This document shows, one piece after another, positions 38,210-51,210 of a DNA stretch of 64,000 nt (its first letter is position 1; every line of letters starts with the position of its first letter). This stretch comes from Lingula anatina (taxonomy: Eukaryota; Animalia; Brachiopoda), in contig CM120649.1 in NCBI GenBank assembly GCA_051362555.1, positions 12,338,001 through 12,402,000 on the forward strand. The letters run 5' to 3'. The notes below the pieces were generated by a model, which did not search any database, was not told where the DNA came from, and saw only the letters and a program-made list of their open reading frames with translations. Both the position numbers and the translations under genes were made by a program.

Positions 38210-38563
38210 TAGGTTATTACCTAGTGAGACCGCAACGTCGGTTAGTTGCTGACGTGAGTTCCAGTGTCAGAGTTACACATACCTTTCATTCTAATTGTAC
38301 TGAAGCTAGGCACTTGCAGGAGTTGTTCTCTCAGCAGGAACGCCATTTTTGTCCACCGTATAATTATTCAAACGACCTCCCTGAGACGTATAACTTTAAC
38401 CGACAGTTTAGCAGATTTATCCGCCGTATAAAGTTATACGGCTTTCATGCAACCCGTATAAGAACCGGATAGGTTACACGGCTGATTTATCCGGCGTATA
38501 GTGCAATACGGCTTTCATACAACCCAACCCTGGATGATTAAAACATTGACTCAACAACTTACA

Positions 38564-38811
38564 TTTATTACCTCCGCCAAGGAGGTTATGTTTTCACCCC
38601 GGTTTGTCTGTTTGTTTGTTTGTTTGTTTGTCATCAACATAACTCAAAAAGTTATGGACCGATTTTGATAAGATTCTCAGGAACTGTCAGAAGTGGGCCA
38701 AGGAAGAGATGATTAGTTTTTGGTGGTGATCCGAATCAATAATCAATCAATAATCAATAATAAAAAAAAATCGCTGCCTTGGCGGAGGTCTGCGCTGTTG
38801 GAGTGCTTTTT
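38564..38811 (+). mobile_element. Short Helentron-associated element (HINE/DINE-1-like), second family
   Basis: TTTATTACCTCCGCCAAGGAGGT start, (GTTT)n, core, 3' subTIR CCTTGGCGGAGGT, degraded hairpin and T-run. Confidence 0.8.
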
Positions 38812-39081
38812 ATTAATTATTACTTAGTATATATATATATATATATATATAAATATATAAATATATATATATATAGTACTTGTTGAGAATATATTTGTTA
38901 GATTTGTTTTAAAAATTACCCTTTTTGGCCAAAATTAGATAGTCTTAACTGAAAAATATTTATCCAAGAGAGATTAGTTTAAACGGGCCTGTGTGTTGTC
39001 TTTCTTTTATAGTACCTGGTGCTTCATCACGGCACAGATACCCTAAGCTACCCTGCACATTAAAAAAAAAAAAAAAAAAAA

Positions 39082-39740
39082 AAAACAGCACTACCTAATT
39101 ATCTCACTAGCTGTCTTTGTTGATTCAGTTAGTACAGACAACAAAATGGTCATTCAAGGCAGAGGAAATAGGCACCAACAAATTGTTGAAGCCAATTAAA
39201 TACATTGTTACAACACGAGTCGTCCACTGCATGGAACTTACAAAACTCATTATATTATATCGAGTAGGTGTTAAGTGCCGTATGTCACGCTCTGTGTTCG
39301 AACCTGCTTGTGTAATGATACTTGAAGAAGTAATTTCATGGCATATGATTTCAAAGATAAAGCTGAGCAGAAACCGTGATCACCTTTTACTAACTTAAAC
39401 TGGCAAAGAAAACGGGTAAATATTAAAAAGAAACTTAGACTAGGAAAGAAAATGGGAAAAGATTTTTATAAAGGGCCCTGCAATTTAAAGAAAAACAGCA
39501 CTAGGCCTAGCTGTAATCTTTATTAATTCACTTTTCACAAACACAACAAAATGATTCTGCAACGCAAAGGAATTAGGCAAAACAAGTCGTTGTTGAAATA
39601 CAATTTAATTCGACTTTAAAATTCATGGAAAAAGCAATTAAATACCTTGCTACAACACGACTCACAAGAGTATAATTATATCGAGTAGGTACTAAGTGCC
39701 GTATTCCACGCTCTTCAAACCTGCTTGTGTAATGATGGTT
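39082..39740. repeat. Diverged tandem duplication (~39082-39320 and ~39492-39740)
   Basis: Shared AAAACAGCACTA, CAACAAAATG, CAATTAAATAC, TACAACACGA, TATATCGAGTAGGT..TAAGTGCCGTAT and AACCTGCTTGTGTAATGAT. Confidence 0.75.
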
Positions 39741-41554
39741 ATTGATATTTTTAAAGTGAAGAGCTGGGAGTCTTTTGTCAGATTGCTTGACGTGCTTTCA
39801 TAATGTTCGACACATAAATAGTGACGTCTTATATCAACGGACGCAGAGGGAACCCTGTATGTGACTTTAAGGGGGTGGAGAGAAGGGGCTCCCTCATCGG
39901 CCTCATAGCCAAAATGGCAAAATACTTGGGAACCAATTAAAAACGAACGTAGAATACATCAAACCAAATAACATAAGAGTAACAGGGAAGAAAAGGCAGA
40001 GTAAGGGGAGTGACAATGAAATACAATGCCAGAAAAAAGTTCATCAACACACGCAACCCAGATTACTTTACGCAGCACAGGACTCAATTTATATTTGGAT
40101 AGAATATAATCAACTCTAGTGACGTAAATACCCAGTTAATAATCCCCGTTTCCTTGGTTAACACTTGAAGTGATCGGAATGCCCAGAAAAATAAATGCAA
40201 ATGACTAGAAATTATTATTCTATTTATTTTAGGATCCTTGAATATAGACTTATGCATTGAGTTCGAAAAATACAACAGGCCCAGAAGCGCGCTTGTTCAT
40301 TACCAGTTTCACAATACTTCCAATACTTCACGAACCATTTTATTTTGGATCTAAAATGGAGCACTTAAAAATTAACTGCAATGACACCCCCCCCCCCCTA
40401 AAAAAAATGCTCCCAATTTTTCATTGTTACTTCCAAAACACGCTTGTCAAGTCTTTCTTTTCCAGAATGATTCAAAATAAGTTTAACAATAATGTGAATT
40501 TTTCCGAACAAAACAGACAGGAGGCCGAATATTGTTCACGTAAAAATTAAGGGGAAGGTATAGATTTCAGCAATTAACGTGGATTGACTATGGGCCTATA
40601 ATATAATAAACCATCCATATGTAAAACAGGATGTGAGTTTTGTTTGGCTACCATACTATTACCTTCTGTATGCACGATAACGTGTAGATAGTTTTGATAC
40701 CTGCTACTTTAACAAATGTAAGTATGTACATCTTTTGAAGTTTCATACGTCCATGGAGCAAATTTGCCTTTTTGTTAACTTTTTTGAAATCCTATTGATC
40801 TTAAGAATCTGACAAACAATGGGTAGTTTGAAGAGATGCCAACTATTGAAAAACCTCACTTTACTATAGAAAATCGAAATGGAATAAAATTGTGAGTGAA
40901 AAAAAAAACAAGTTTAGTGTTGATATGAACAAAACTGCTGCGTTCATAAAGAAAATAAAATAGTTTACTCTTCCAGGTAACATCAAGCAGTGGATGAAGA
41001 TTTCGCTGTGTGGTCGAAACCTTCAGTTTTCATTTCATTACTTACTGTAATAATAATGATATCTATCGTAACAGTAATTTTATATTTTTTGTTCCTTTCA
41101 CAGGATACGACAATTGGCATTCGCTTTTAAAGTGACGAGCAAGATTTAACATGCTAGTTCTCTGTATGACAAGAACTCAAATGGCGTTCAATCAAATAAT
41201 ACTTGCGCGAATGAGATTATATTTCAGGCAATAATCATTGTTGCAGTTTATTTCAGTGGGTCCTGAAGTTACTATTTAAAATAATTACGCCGTACCTTGA
41301 CCGATGAAAAGGTCGAATTTGTTTCATCAGTTCTTAACAATGTCAGCTTTGCATGTGCAACTGGAAAGTGTCCGTCGAACGTCACGAAGTCTATTATTGA
41401 AGTCTGTTCAATTGATTTTTTTCAAATTGACAGAAATTGTGGATTTGGCGGGTTAGAAAGGAAAGATATGTGCTAGAAGTGTAAATAAATTTCATAATAC
41501 CTTTTGCTTGACGAAATTTCCAATCTCTGGCAATTCAACGTTCTTTTTGAACGT

Positions 41555-41970
41555 ATATTTTCATACTAAATTGTCGATGGACAGACAGATCTCCAACATG
41601 ACCAAGTTTTGTCTGTTCAATATTCGAAATATTGGTACTATAAGAAACCACCTGAATCAATCTTCTGCAGTAGCCACTGTTGTATGCTAGTCTGAATTAC
41701 TGAAACGCTGTACTAAGGATGCCCAGACGATAAGATTAAAAGATTACAGCGTATTCAGAATACTAAGGCATGGTTTTTGATGTGAAAGCCAAGAGATTGC
41801 TAGGTTAGTCCAATTTTAAAGCATGCAGCTGCACTGGTTACCAGTTCGGGATAGTATTTTATTTATAATTTTGTTTAGATGCACCGCTCGAGGGGAATTA
41901 GCTGCCTATTCACCTAAGACAATAGAATCAGGAAGCATTTACCAAAGAACTGAAAACACATTTTAAAGAT
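41555..41970 (+). mobile_element. Decayed L2/CR1-type LINE 3' fragment
   Basis: LSMDRQISNMTKFCLFNIRNIGTIRNHL, RLQRIQN and LHWLPVRDSI across broken frames are typical of the L2 ORF2 C-terminus. Confidence 0.75.
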
Positions 41971-44060
41971 GTTTTCTTAACAATTTGTGCATATTCAAAA
42001 AATTACACAACATAGCGAAATCTTGATTTTTTAAAATTTTTAATTACTATTTTTGCAGTCAAAATTTAATTTCATATGTATATGTAGTTTTGCACCATTC
42101 TTTTCATTATATTCAGACTTTAAATAAGTCTATTATTACTTTTATTATAATCATTATTACTATTATCATCATCACCGTTATTATTATTATTATTAATTAG
42201 CGATAAAAGGTCGATTGTTGCAGGTGGTTTATGATAAATCAGCTTACGGTGACCTCTTTATGTCTTAAGAAATTCCATGATTTAAATCTGTGATAATTAA
42301 GCCCTATACGACAGACATACACCCCATTTCCATAGATTAGATCGACCTACTTTAGATCGACCTAACTCCCTGGGGGTTCACGCTAAATAGCTGTCAGCCG
42401 GGCGGACACGAAAGTTAATTACCCCCTTACAGCTTGTAGTAGGCGGGACGGACATTTAAGTTGGATTATCTGAAAGTAATCTAGTGAGACTCCCCGCGGG
42501 GATAGATCGATCTAAAATCTATGGGAATAGAGCCATACTGTGATGAACCTATTATTGGATATCACAGGATTTAGAAGTCAGGTGGAAAAAGATGAGCATG
42601 ATGTCGTGTAATATCATTTTCTAACCTGGGACACCAGATTGGGTTATTATTGTTATTATTATTATTATGTTTCTAGCACGGTGATATTTTATTGTTATCA
42701 TAATCTTCAGAATGAATAATACATGTACATGTACATGGCAAGTTTAACTTTGCCTCACATACCAGTATGTAAGTTTTGTATTGATCTTTGTCGATAACTG
42801 TACATGTTAAGATATGAATACGTAGCTAAGATTCATTTTTATCGACAAACAATTCAATAATAATACAAGTCATTCGCAGCGGATGTATTCGTGGAAGTTG
42901 AAGTGTGCACACTCATGGATATGCAGGAAAATTTGAACAGTTATACATCTGTGCCCCAGCGTACGTGGATAAGACATTTTCCCATTCCGCGGTGGCAAGT
43001 GACGCTCTTATTCATTCACTGAATGGAAAGGATCGTTTGACATTGAATGGAACTGAACTCTCATTTTACAATTAAAATGGAGGATAACATGAATTCTCAC
43101 AGCTGCCTATACACCTAAGACAATAGAATCACAGGCAGCATTTAACAAACAGCTGAAAAGACACATTTTAAAGATTTAACATTCAACATATTATTCATAT
43201 CGAAACCTTGACATTTTACTTTTAATTACTATTTCTGCAGTCAAAAGTTAATTTCACATATATATATCTAAATCCTTTTCATCTATAAACTTTTAAATTT
43301 TTGTTGTAAAGTATACTGGACATTATATGGATTTCAGATTTTAAGTAAGTCTGTTGTTACTTTTATGATTATTATGAATATTATTATTATCATCATCATT
43401 ATTATTAATTAGCGATAAAAGGTCGATTATTGCAGGTGGTTTATGATAAATCGGGTTACGGTGACCTTGTTATGTCTTCAAAAATTCCATGATTTAAATC
43501 TGTGATAATTATACGACAGACATACGGTGATGGACCTATTATTGGATATGACGGGATATATTTTGAGGTGGAAAGAGATGCGCATGACGTTATGTAATAT
43601 CATTTTCTCACCTGGGACGCCTGATTGAGTTATTATTATTATTATTATTATTACTATTATTATTATTATATGTTTCTAGCACTGAAATATATAACTGTTA
43701 TGCACTCTGCATGAATAATACATGGCGAGTTTAACCTTACATCACATATGTAACCTTTGACGATAACTGATAAGGTATGAATATGTAGTCATTTTTATCG
43801 ACAAGCAATTCTTCAATTATACAAGTCATTCGCAATGGATAAAGGCGTTTTCGTGGAAGTTAAACAATGCACAATCATGGATACACAGGAAAATGTGAAC
43901 ACTTATACATCTGTGCCCCAGCGTACGTGGATAAGAAATTTTCCCATTCCGCGGTGGCAAGTGACGCTCTTATTCATTCACTGAATGGAAAGGATCGTTT
44001 GACATTATATGGAACTGAACTCTCATTCTATAATTAAAATGGAGAATATCATGGACTTTT
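41920..44060. repeat. Tandem duplication of a ~960-bp unit (41920-43101 and 43102-~44060); copy 1 carries an extra MITE
   Basis: Both units start AGCTGCCTAT.CACCTAAGACAATAGAATCA and are collinear throughout. Confidence 0.9.
42320..42534 (-). mobile_element. 215-bp MITE family A, copy 3
   Basis: Near-identical to the reverse complement of copy 1; TSD ATA is confirmed by the empty site in the duplicate (43511-43540). Confidence 0.92.
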
Positions 44061-45704
44061 ACAAATGCAGTCCTTTTCACTTTTGTGTTGAAGTGAACTC
44101 TCAATTCTTAAAATTTGAGCGATTATTGGTTGTACCGGGAAAATATATGGCACTTTAAGTACAGTGTGATGAATAAAAAATGCGTAACAGAGGACGACTG
44201 CGCGTCGGCTATTTGTCATAGCTAAGGTAGGCCTATAGGATGGGTGATCCAGTGTAACTTAGACATATATTCGTTATTACATCCAAGAGTGTAACAATTC
44301 TGAGATCATCTGAAGGAATTAAAGGGAGTTTAATGTATTCGGTTAGTATATCATTCATTTTGTTATCTTATTTAATATATAATATATTAAGTCAGTTATT
44401 AATATTTACTTGGATAGTTATTATATAGTTGGATTATATTTTATCTAGCGAAACAACGATGACATGAGACTATCGATATTAACATTAAGGGAAATTTTCG
44501 AATTTTTACGAATTATTTTTGATATAGTTTTACGAACTCGTGGATTCGATTCACTATAAAAACAATTGTTTCTCTCACAGTCATTAAAATGGGACGCTGC
44601 AGTGAAGATAAAGATGAAGATAAACAGAGATTTCACCACCAACGATGCGCCGGTCGCAATGTTGTGGTGAATGCCGTTTATTGCACAGGGAGTGTCCGCC
44701 CCTTATGTCTCACGCAGTGCATCCCTACTGTATTAAAAATGACAAACAAAAGAGTAAAACTCAATAAGAAAAATGTGTCAGTGCCATAATAAGACAGTCA
44801 CAGATTAGCATTTAAAGGGGGAAAGAAGGAAAGAACAATATTAAAAAATATCTGTGCTCTTGGGCCACACATCATAGCATGAAGAGAACAATTATGGGAT
44901 TCATCCACGAATATCAGAACATCCGAAAAGTTAAAATTGCAATAGTTTAAATTCCATCTTCCTTGAAGTTATATTTTTGGTTTCATGTCGAATGTGTTTC
45001 GTTATTTTATATATTTATTTTAGTCTTTTATATCAAATCAATATAGTAAGATGTACTTTGCGTAAGGCTAAAAAATGTTTGAGAAAGGTTATCTATAAGT
45101 ATATTTCAATTTTAAAGATATCTATGGGACAGGCGTATCATCCCAGGGAGATAATGTAATGTGGGTAATTGATATTCATGAAATGAATAAAGAGCTGGGA
45201 GAGTTTTGTTAGATTTATTATTGTGCTTTCATAATGTGTGATGCATAAATGTAACATTAGTTTGGAGAGTAGTAAATAAAGATTGTGCAAGCACAAAAAA
45301 AGGTTTTGTAGTTATTTTGCATGTCAATTTATTTTTATATACGTCAATATCATTGTCACACTTGGATTTGATGCCAATATTCAGCTACATGTACATGTAC
45401 GTAATTAACAACAGAGTGCCCGTTCTGAAATACAATACCTGTGGCGAAACGTACTACTCTACCAGTACTCGAGTTGTTTATTAATGTCGGCGCAAGGTAG
45501 TTATTGATTAAATCCAACCTCATCCAACACTGATATCAATATTGTTTAGATTCATGTCTATATATCGTTTCACCATTTACAATAATACTCGGTAAACTAC
45601 CCCGGCTAACTTCCATCTAATTCTCGTGCATGCAGCTGTACAGGTGTGCTTTGAACTATTGTTTTATAAATTACATGTTTTTAGAGAGTACTACATGTAC
45701 AATT

Positions 45705-46096
45705 AACAAAGCAGCAAAGCTGTCAAATGTACAGGCATTAAAGACAAAATAATGATGCCCAAAATGGGATATTTTGTCAGTTTTGATGCAATAATACTTA
45801 TGCTAAACAGTGTAATTTTCGAACTCGGTCAATCTTTTTAGTAAAGTTCATCATTCCTGTATAACTCTTAAGACAATACACCAACCTGTTACCCATTAAA
45901 TGCATCATCTGTATTGCACAAATTAAAAAAAAAAAAAACATAACTTCTGAGTGAGTGGTTGAGCAAGCCGCTTTTTGAACTCGACCTGAATTTTACTAAT
46001 CTTCATCAGTCCTTTGCCTTTGAAAACAAGAGGTCTGACAGTTTTACAGCAACGACTGATGCCATGATGGCTTTATATGCTGTGTCTGTACAAAAA
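45705..46096 (-). mobile_element. Short diverged copy of the HINE family at 5127-7175
   Basis: AACAAAGCAGCAAAGCTGTCAAATGTACAG matches 5127-5156; TGTGTCTGTACAAAAA matches 7158-7175. Confidence 0.65.
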
Positions 46097-46574
46097 TGTT
46101 TTATTTAATTTACGCTTTGACCAAAGACACTGTCCACTGAGAAATACAGAGTGATTATGAAATACTTTTCTGTCATGATGAAGAATTTATTTCTAGAATT
46201 AAGATAAACAATACAAAATATGATAGTCTCTTCATAGTAAACATGCAATAAACAATCAATTTGTAAACAATCAATATAAATTAATACATCAGATAAATAT
46301 TCAAACAACTAGACACACATTCATACTGATAAAATTAAAGGAATGACAGATTAATAAATAGTCATTAAAATCAACATTCTTTCCCACGTTCGGGAAACAA
46401 TTAATGTTGAGGGCGATTTCCACTGTATAATTCCTTAGTATTGACAAATTAATGATAAGTTATGCTGATAATCACAGTTAACAATTATCTATTTTTAAAA
46501 TTCATTTAATTATCATTATTTCTTCAATGCTTATAATGACTGATGCTATAGCTAGCCGATGAGTGTTTGTACTA

Positions 46575-46640
46575 TCAAGATTGCCCCATGGTTTCTAGAT
46601 AATGCCTTCTCCCATCTATGTACATCATGGCCTCTGAAAC

Positions 46641-46689
<49 letters not shown>

Positions 46690-48399
46690 TTTGGCAGAAT
46701 GAATGAAATCACAATGCTCTATGCAACATTTATAATTTAGTAAAAGTCAATAAGAGGTTCACACATCACATTGAGTGCAAATCAAAAATGTTCCCTGGTC
46801 TGTGCAAGCTACAACTGACATAACAAAACTGTCAGTGAATTTTTGATGGTTTTCAGGAAATCTCAGGACAGTGATTAGGATGACACTGGCCCTGTGGACT
46901 TCCAGTAAATTTGATTTGATATTTAAAAAAACATTTGTCAAACATTCAGACTGGTATGCATTAACCTGGAATTCAGGTCTTCATTTTTATGCACAGAAAT
47001 AATAAAAAATCGGAAAAAGAATCCCCATTCGAAAATACTGGCTAAATACCTAACTTATTCTGATCAATCAATATCATTGGCATAAGTTATTTTGCTTAAT
47101 TACACACATCATATAATTGTGCTTACAAAATCAATTGGCTTGAATTCCTAGGACCGTATATCTCAAAGTGAAATTTCATATGATAAGTGTGAAAGGATTT
47201 AAAGAATTACAGACCAATAATTATATTTGATGTAAAATGATACCTGAAAGGCAACAACTGTCTAACGTGATTCTGGATTAATTCTAAGGGACCATTCCCA
47301 CAGATATTTGGATCTAAATTGCTATCAGCGTAACTGGCTTAAATGTCTGTCACGCCTAGTAAAGCTGTAAGGGGGTAATTAGCTTTACCCCCTAGCTGAT
47401 TCGGTAAGCGTGGCAGAAATTTAAGCAGGTTAGTTGACACCAATTTAGTGAGACTCCCCAGGGAGTTAGACCGATCCAGACGGATCAATCTTGGCATGGG
47501 AACCCAGTCTAAGAATAGCATAATCTGACCTAGATGTCCACCATCACCATAACAACTATTCTAAAAACAGCACTGACTGACCTATATACGACTTTGGCAT
47601 AATTCTTGGCACTTCGGGAATGTCGGTTTTAAAAGTGAAGTGAAATATATTGGTTGTTTTATGGTCTGCCTTCAAAGGGTCCACTGTCTCTGCATGGACC
47701 TTCATCTGAATACATGGACCGTCTGTATACACGACCTGAAAGAACAATTTGATTTAGTATAACTGTGCCCCGTTTCACAAAAAATCTTATACCCCTGTGT
47801 CCATGAGAATGCTGTAACACTGTTGCTGATAGGGTAAGATGTGTGTATGTGTCCATGAGAATGCTGTAACACTGTTGCTGATAGGGTAAGATGTGTGTAT
47901 GTGTCCATGAGAATGCTGTAACACTGTTGCTGATAGGGTAAGATGTGTGTATGTGTCCATGAGAATGCTGTAACACTGTTGCTGATAGGGTAAAACGTGT
48001 GCATGTGTCCATGTAACGTCGATAACAAAGATGTTAGATGGGGAATGGCTTAAGTTTTGGCTGGGGTCTGATAGACTGGGACAAATCTGATGCTGATATG
48101 ATATATTTTGGCAATCTGGAAGATCAAGATGAATTTTTATTCATGATAGATGATGATCAGATGAGGTCTCCTGTAGTGGAATTAATTGGAAATTGAAATC
48201 AGATGTGGTCTACTGTAGTGGAATTAATTGGAAATTAAAGTGAAGGACAAGACTGAAAAGTCACGTAAAAAAGGACAAGAATTTTGAAGTACTGAGTATA
48301 AGCTGTGGATGGAATGCAGAGGTGCAGAACTTTCTTTTTTCGAGAATAGAGGAGAATCTTTTTTTTAAGGGGAGAAGAGGGGATTTAGAACTCTTTGAT

Positions 48400-48437
<38 letters not shown>

Positions 48438-51178
48438 CCTGTGAAGACAAATACAGCAAACTCCCCACTTCCACCGGGGCCTGGAACATGATGTCGTCCA
48501 CTGCTATTACTCTGGGCCGGGTGTGGCTGCAGGCAGGAGGAAAATAATGGAAAAAAAGTATCTTATCAAATTACATGTCAAGAAGGCATTTCATTCAAAG
48601 GAGAGGCTTATGCACTTATACAGTATGGAATGCATGCTAAAATTATATACGTTTGAACTTTATCTGTCCTCACAAATGAGCATTTATTAAATTGTGTGTG
48701 TGCATGCATGCAAACGCACAACATACACATGCATAATCAAGTGACATTTCTGCTAGTTAATAAAATTTGTAAAAGATGCAAGTTTTCTGATAATACATTT
48801 GGCCCTAAATTTACAAAATTTAATTCAAAAAAATTTTAACTACCCACTGAGGTACCCCAAGTTTCAGAATGTTGACTATTGGTCTTATATACCCAGCATA
48901 TGTACTCTATCACCCTTAGTTTCAGAGTGCTGACTAATGGTCTGTCTATTACCTGTAAACAGAAGCATTGCACCAGGCCAGTTCAAAGGCTCGCCTCATT
49001 AAAAATCCCCCGAACATCTTGCCATACAGATTTCTGTTCTGAATTGAAAATGTCTTGTGTTTCATATTAAAACTGCTTTGAACAATACATCATTAATATG
49101 CACATTGTTGTTTATATCAAAAAGTAAAATTTTTTAATTTTCAAAATTTAATGGAAATCAAAAATACCAATGTAAGTAAGTTAACAAGCTGCCTTCCCAA
49201 AGCAAACAAACAAGTCAAGAATGAAACCAATTATAACAGAAAAGTGCATCAAAATAATGCATAAACAAACACAGACAGTTAATGAAAATTTTTTCTTCTT
49301 GTTTTTTAAATTTATTGACAAATTTTTTGTACACACCTCCCACTGACAAATATGAATATTTTTCAAGATGGCCTCCTCCATCCACATGGACCCTTCTGGC
49401 TTCTTGGTCCTCTTGAAGGTACCAGCTCTGAAGTTGGATAAAAAAATTATCTCTACAATACACAACAACATGATACGATAGGATACGATACAATATTGTT
49501 ACAATACAATATAATTTTACAATACAGTGAAAATACATCGGGATGCAATACAATTCAAATTGCAATGCAATGCATTTCATTTATACAGATAATGTAATTT
49601 TCATTGCACGGCATTGCATTATGTCCATTATAGTTTTTATATCTAAAATTTTTTGTCTTGATATTTTCACATTATTTGGGGGATAGAACATTTCTGTCAC
49701 AACAGCCCCTGACTTTGCCCAAGAATGGATGAGGTGAGACTTCGGTGCATGAAAAGCATCAAACTTACTCTGGATCTATGATTTCCAGAAATAAGCCGTG
49801 TACAATATCACCCTCCTCTTGATTGGGAGGGACCTTCATAAGAGATTGGTCCTTCTGTTGCTGCCTTAAAGCCCTCTTAACTGAAAAAGATATGAAAGCA
49901 ACTAAAATTGATGTACCCCGAGTCCTAAAGTTCCACAGCTTATAGAGACAATAATATCTGACTTATCAATGACTGAAAAGGAATCGCAGAAAGTGCCCAG
50001 AGATTCAGGGTAGTTTTCACTTGTCTTTGTAGTGTGTAATTTTTAAAATAAACTCTTTTAAATTCTTTCAAAGTCAGAAATATTACACCAGAGTCAAATT
50101 TGACTGAGAAGTCATGATGCTTGTTTTGATCTGAAAAAAAATTGAATATAAAAAAACTAAACAATTGTTATGATTAAGAAGGAGCACCATTTTACGCTTC
50201 CAAAGTTACAATTACTTTTCAGCTAGTCACACATATTCATGTATAATTATACACTATACAGACATGGTATTTTATCTACCTTCTCCTTTTTGGAACAATG
50301 CCCTTTCTTCATCATCTACTGGTACTAGAGGATTCACAATGGCTGCCCTAGAATGAAAAATAAATTATAGTATGGTGTCTGGTAAATCTTCTCTCTAACA
50401 ATTTAAATATGTGGCACACCAAATGGCTGGCAAATTATTTAGCTATAACAACTGGCATTTCCAGATATAAACATATAACAGACTTGTTATTTAAATATTT
50501 CAAATTAATTATTGCAATAAGATATGCAAAAAACTGCCCTGTATTTTGAATGACTTTTTGGCTCACACACTCATACCAATTTCACAAAACTCACTGAGAA
50601 TACATTATATTTTGCCTTTTTCTTTTAAAATCTGCCCTTGGTTATTTCATGCAATAAAAGTATTATTACCAAATACTTATTACATTAGATCATTATAAAA
50701 TACTTGTCTTAAATCCTGGGAGTAGTATAGGTGTGATAAACCCTCAACAGCCTTTTATAATAAGGATCCCTGTACAGAGCACAATGGGGTCATAGATGAC
50801 CCCACTTGGTCATTTCAGTCAGTAAAATAGCTTGGTCTCTTGAGGGTTAAAGAGCTGAATCAAGCCAACTTGAGATTTTTCCATTTTTTGAATTCTAAAT
50901 TCATCAAACAAACAAGTCTTTTTAAATTCTTTCAAAATAAATAATGTAATCCTGACCAATTACAGAACACATTTTAATTGGACAGCAAAATGTTCAAAGT
51001 TTCAAAAGTGACATCTATTAGTCATCTCTGATTAATATATTCCATTTGATATATGGGCATTTCTACATTTCTTTTTTATTTGTTGGTTTATATAGATGCC
51101 AATTTGACTCAATTTATATATTAGTCATAATATGCTTACAAACCAAACAAAAAAAAACTGATTTCATCCGTGACAAAA

Positions 51179-51210
<32 letters not shown>

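Noticed and set aside
40700-41130. Scattered strong splice signals on the plus strand
   Set aside because: No in-phase ORF could be assembled; indistinguishable from background without RNA data.
47796-48013. CRISPR-like array and the repetitive ORFs 47659-48028
   Set aside because: Head-to-tail 52-bp units with no unique spacers and no cas genes, inside a eukaryotic intron; the ORFs are repeat artefacts.
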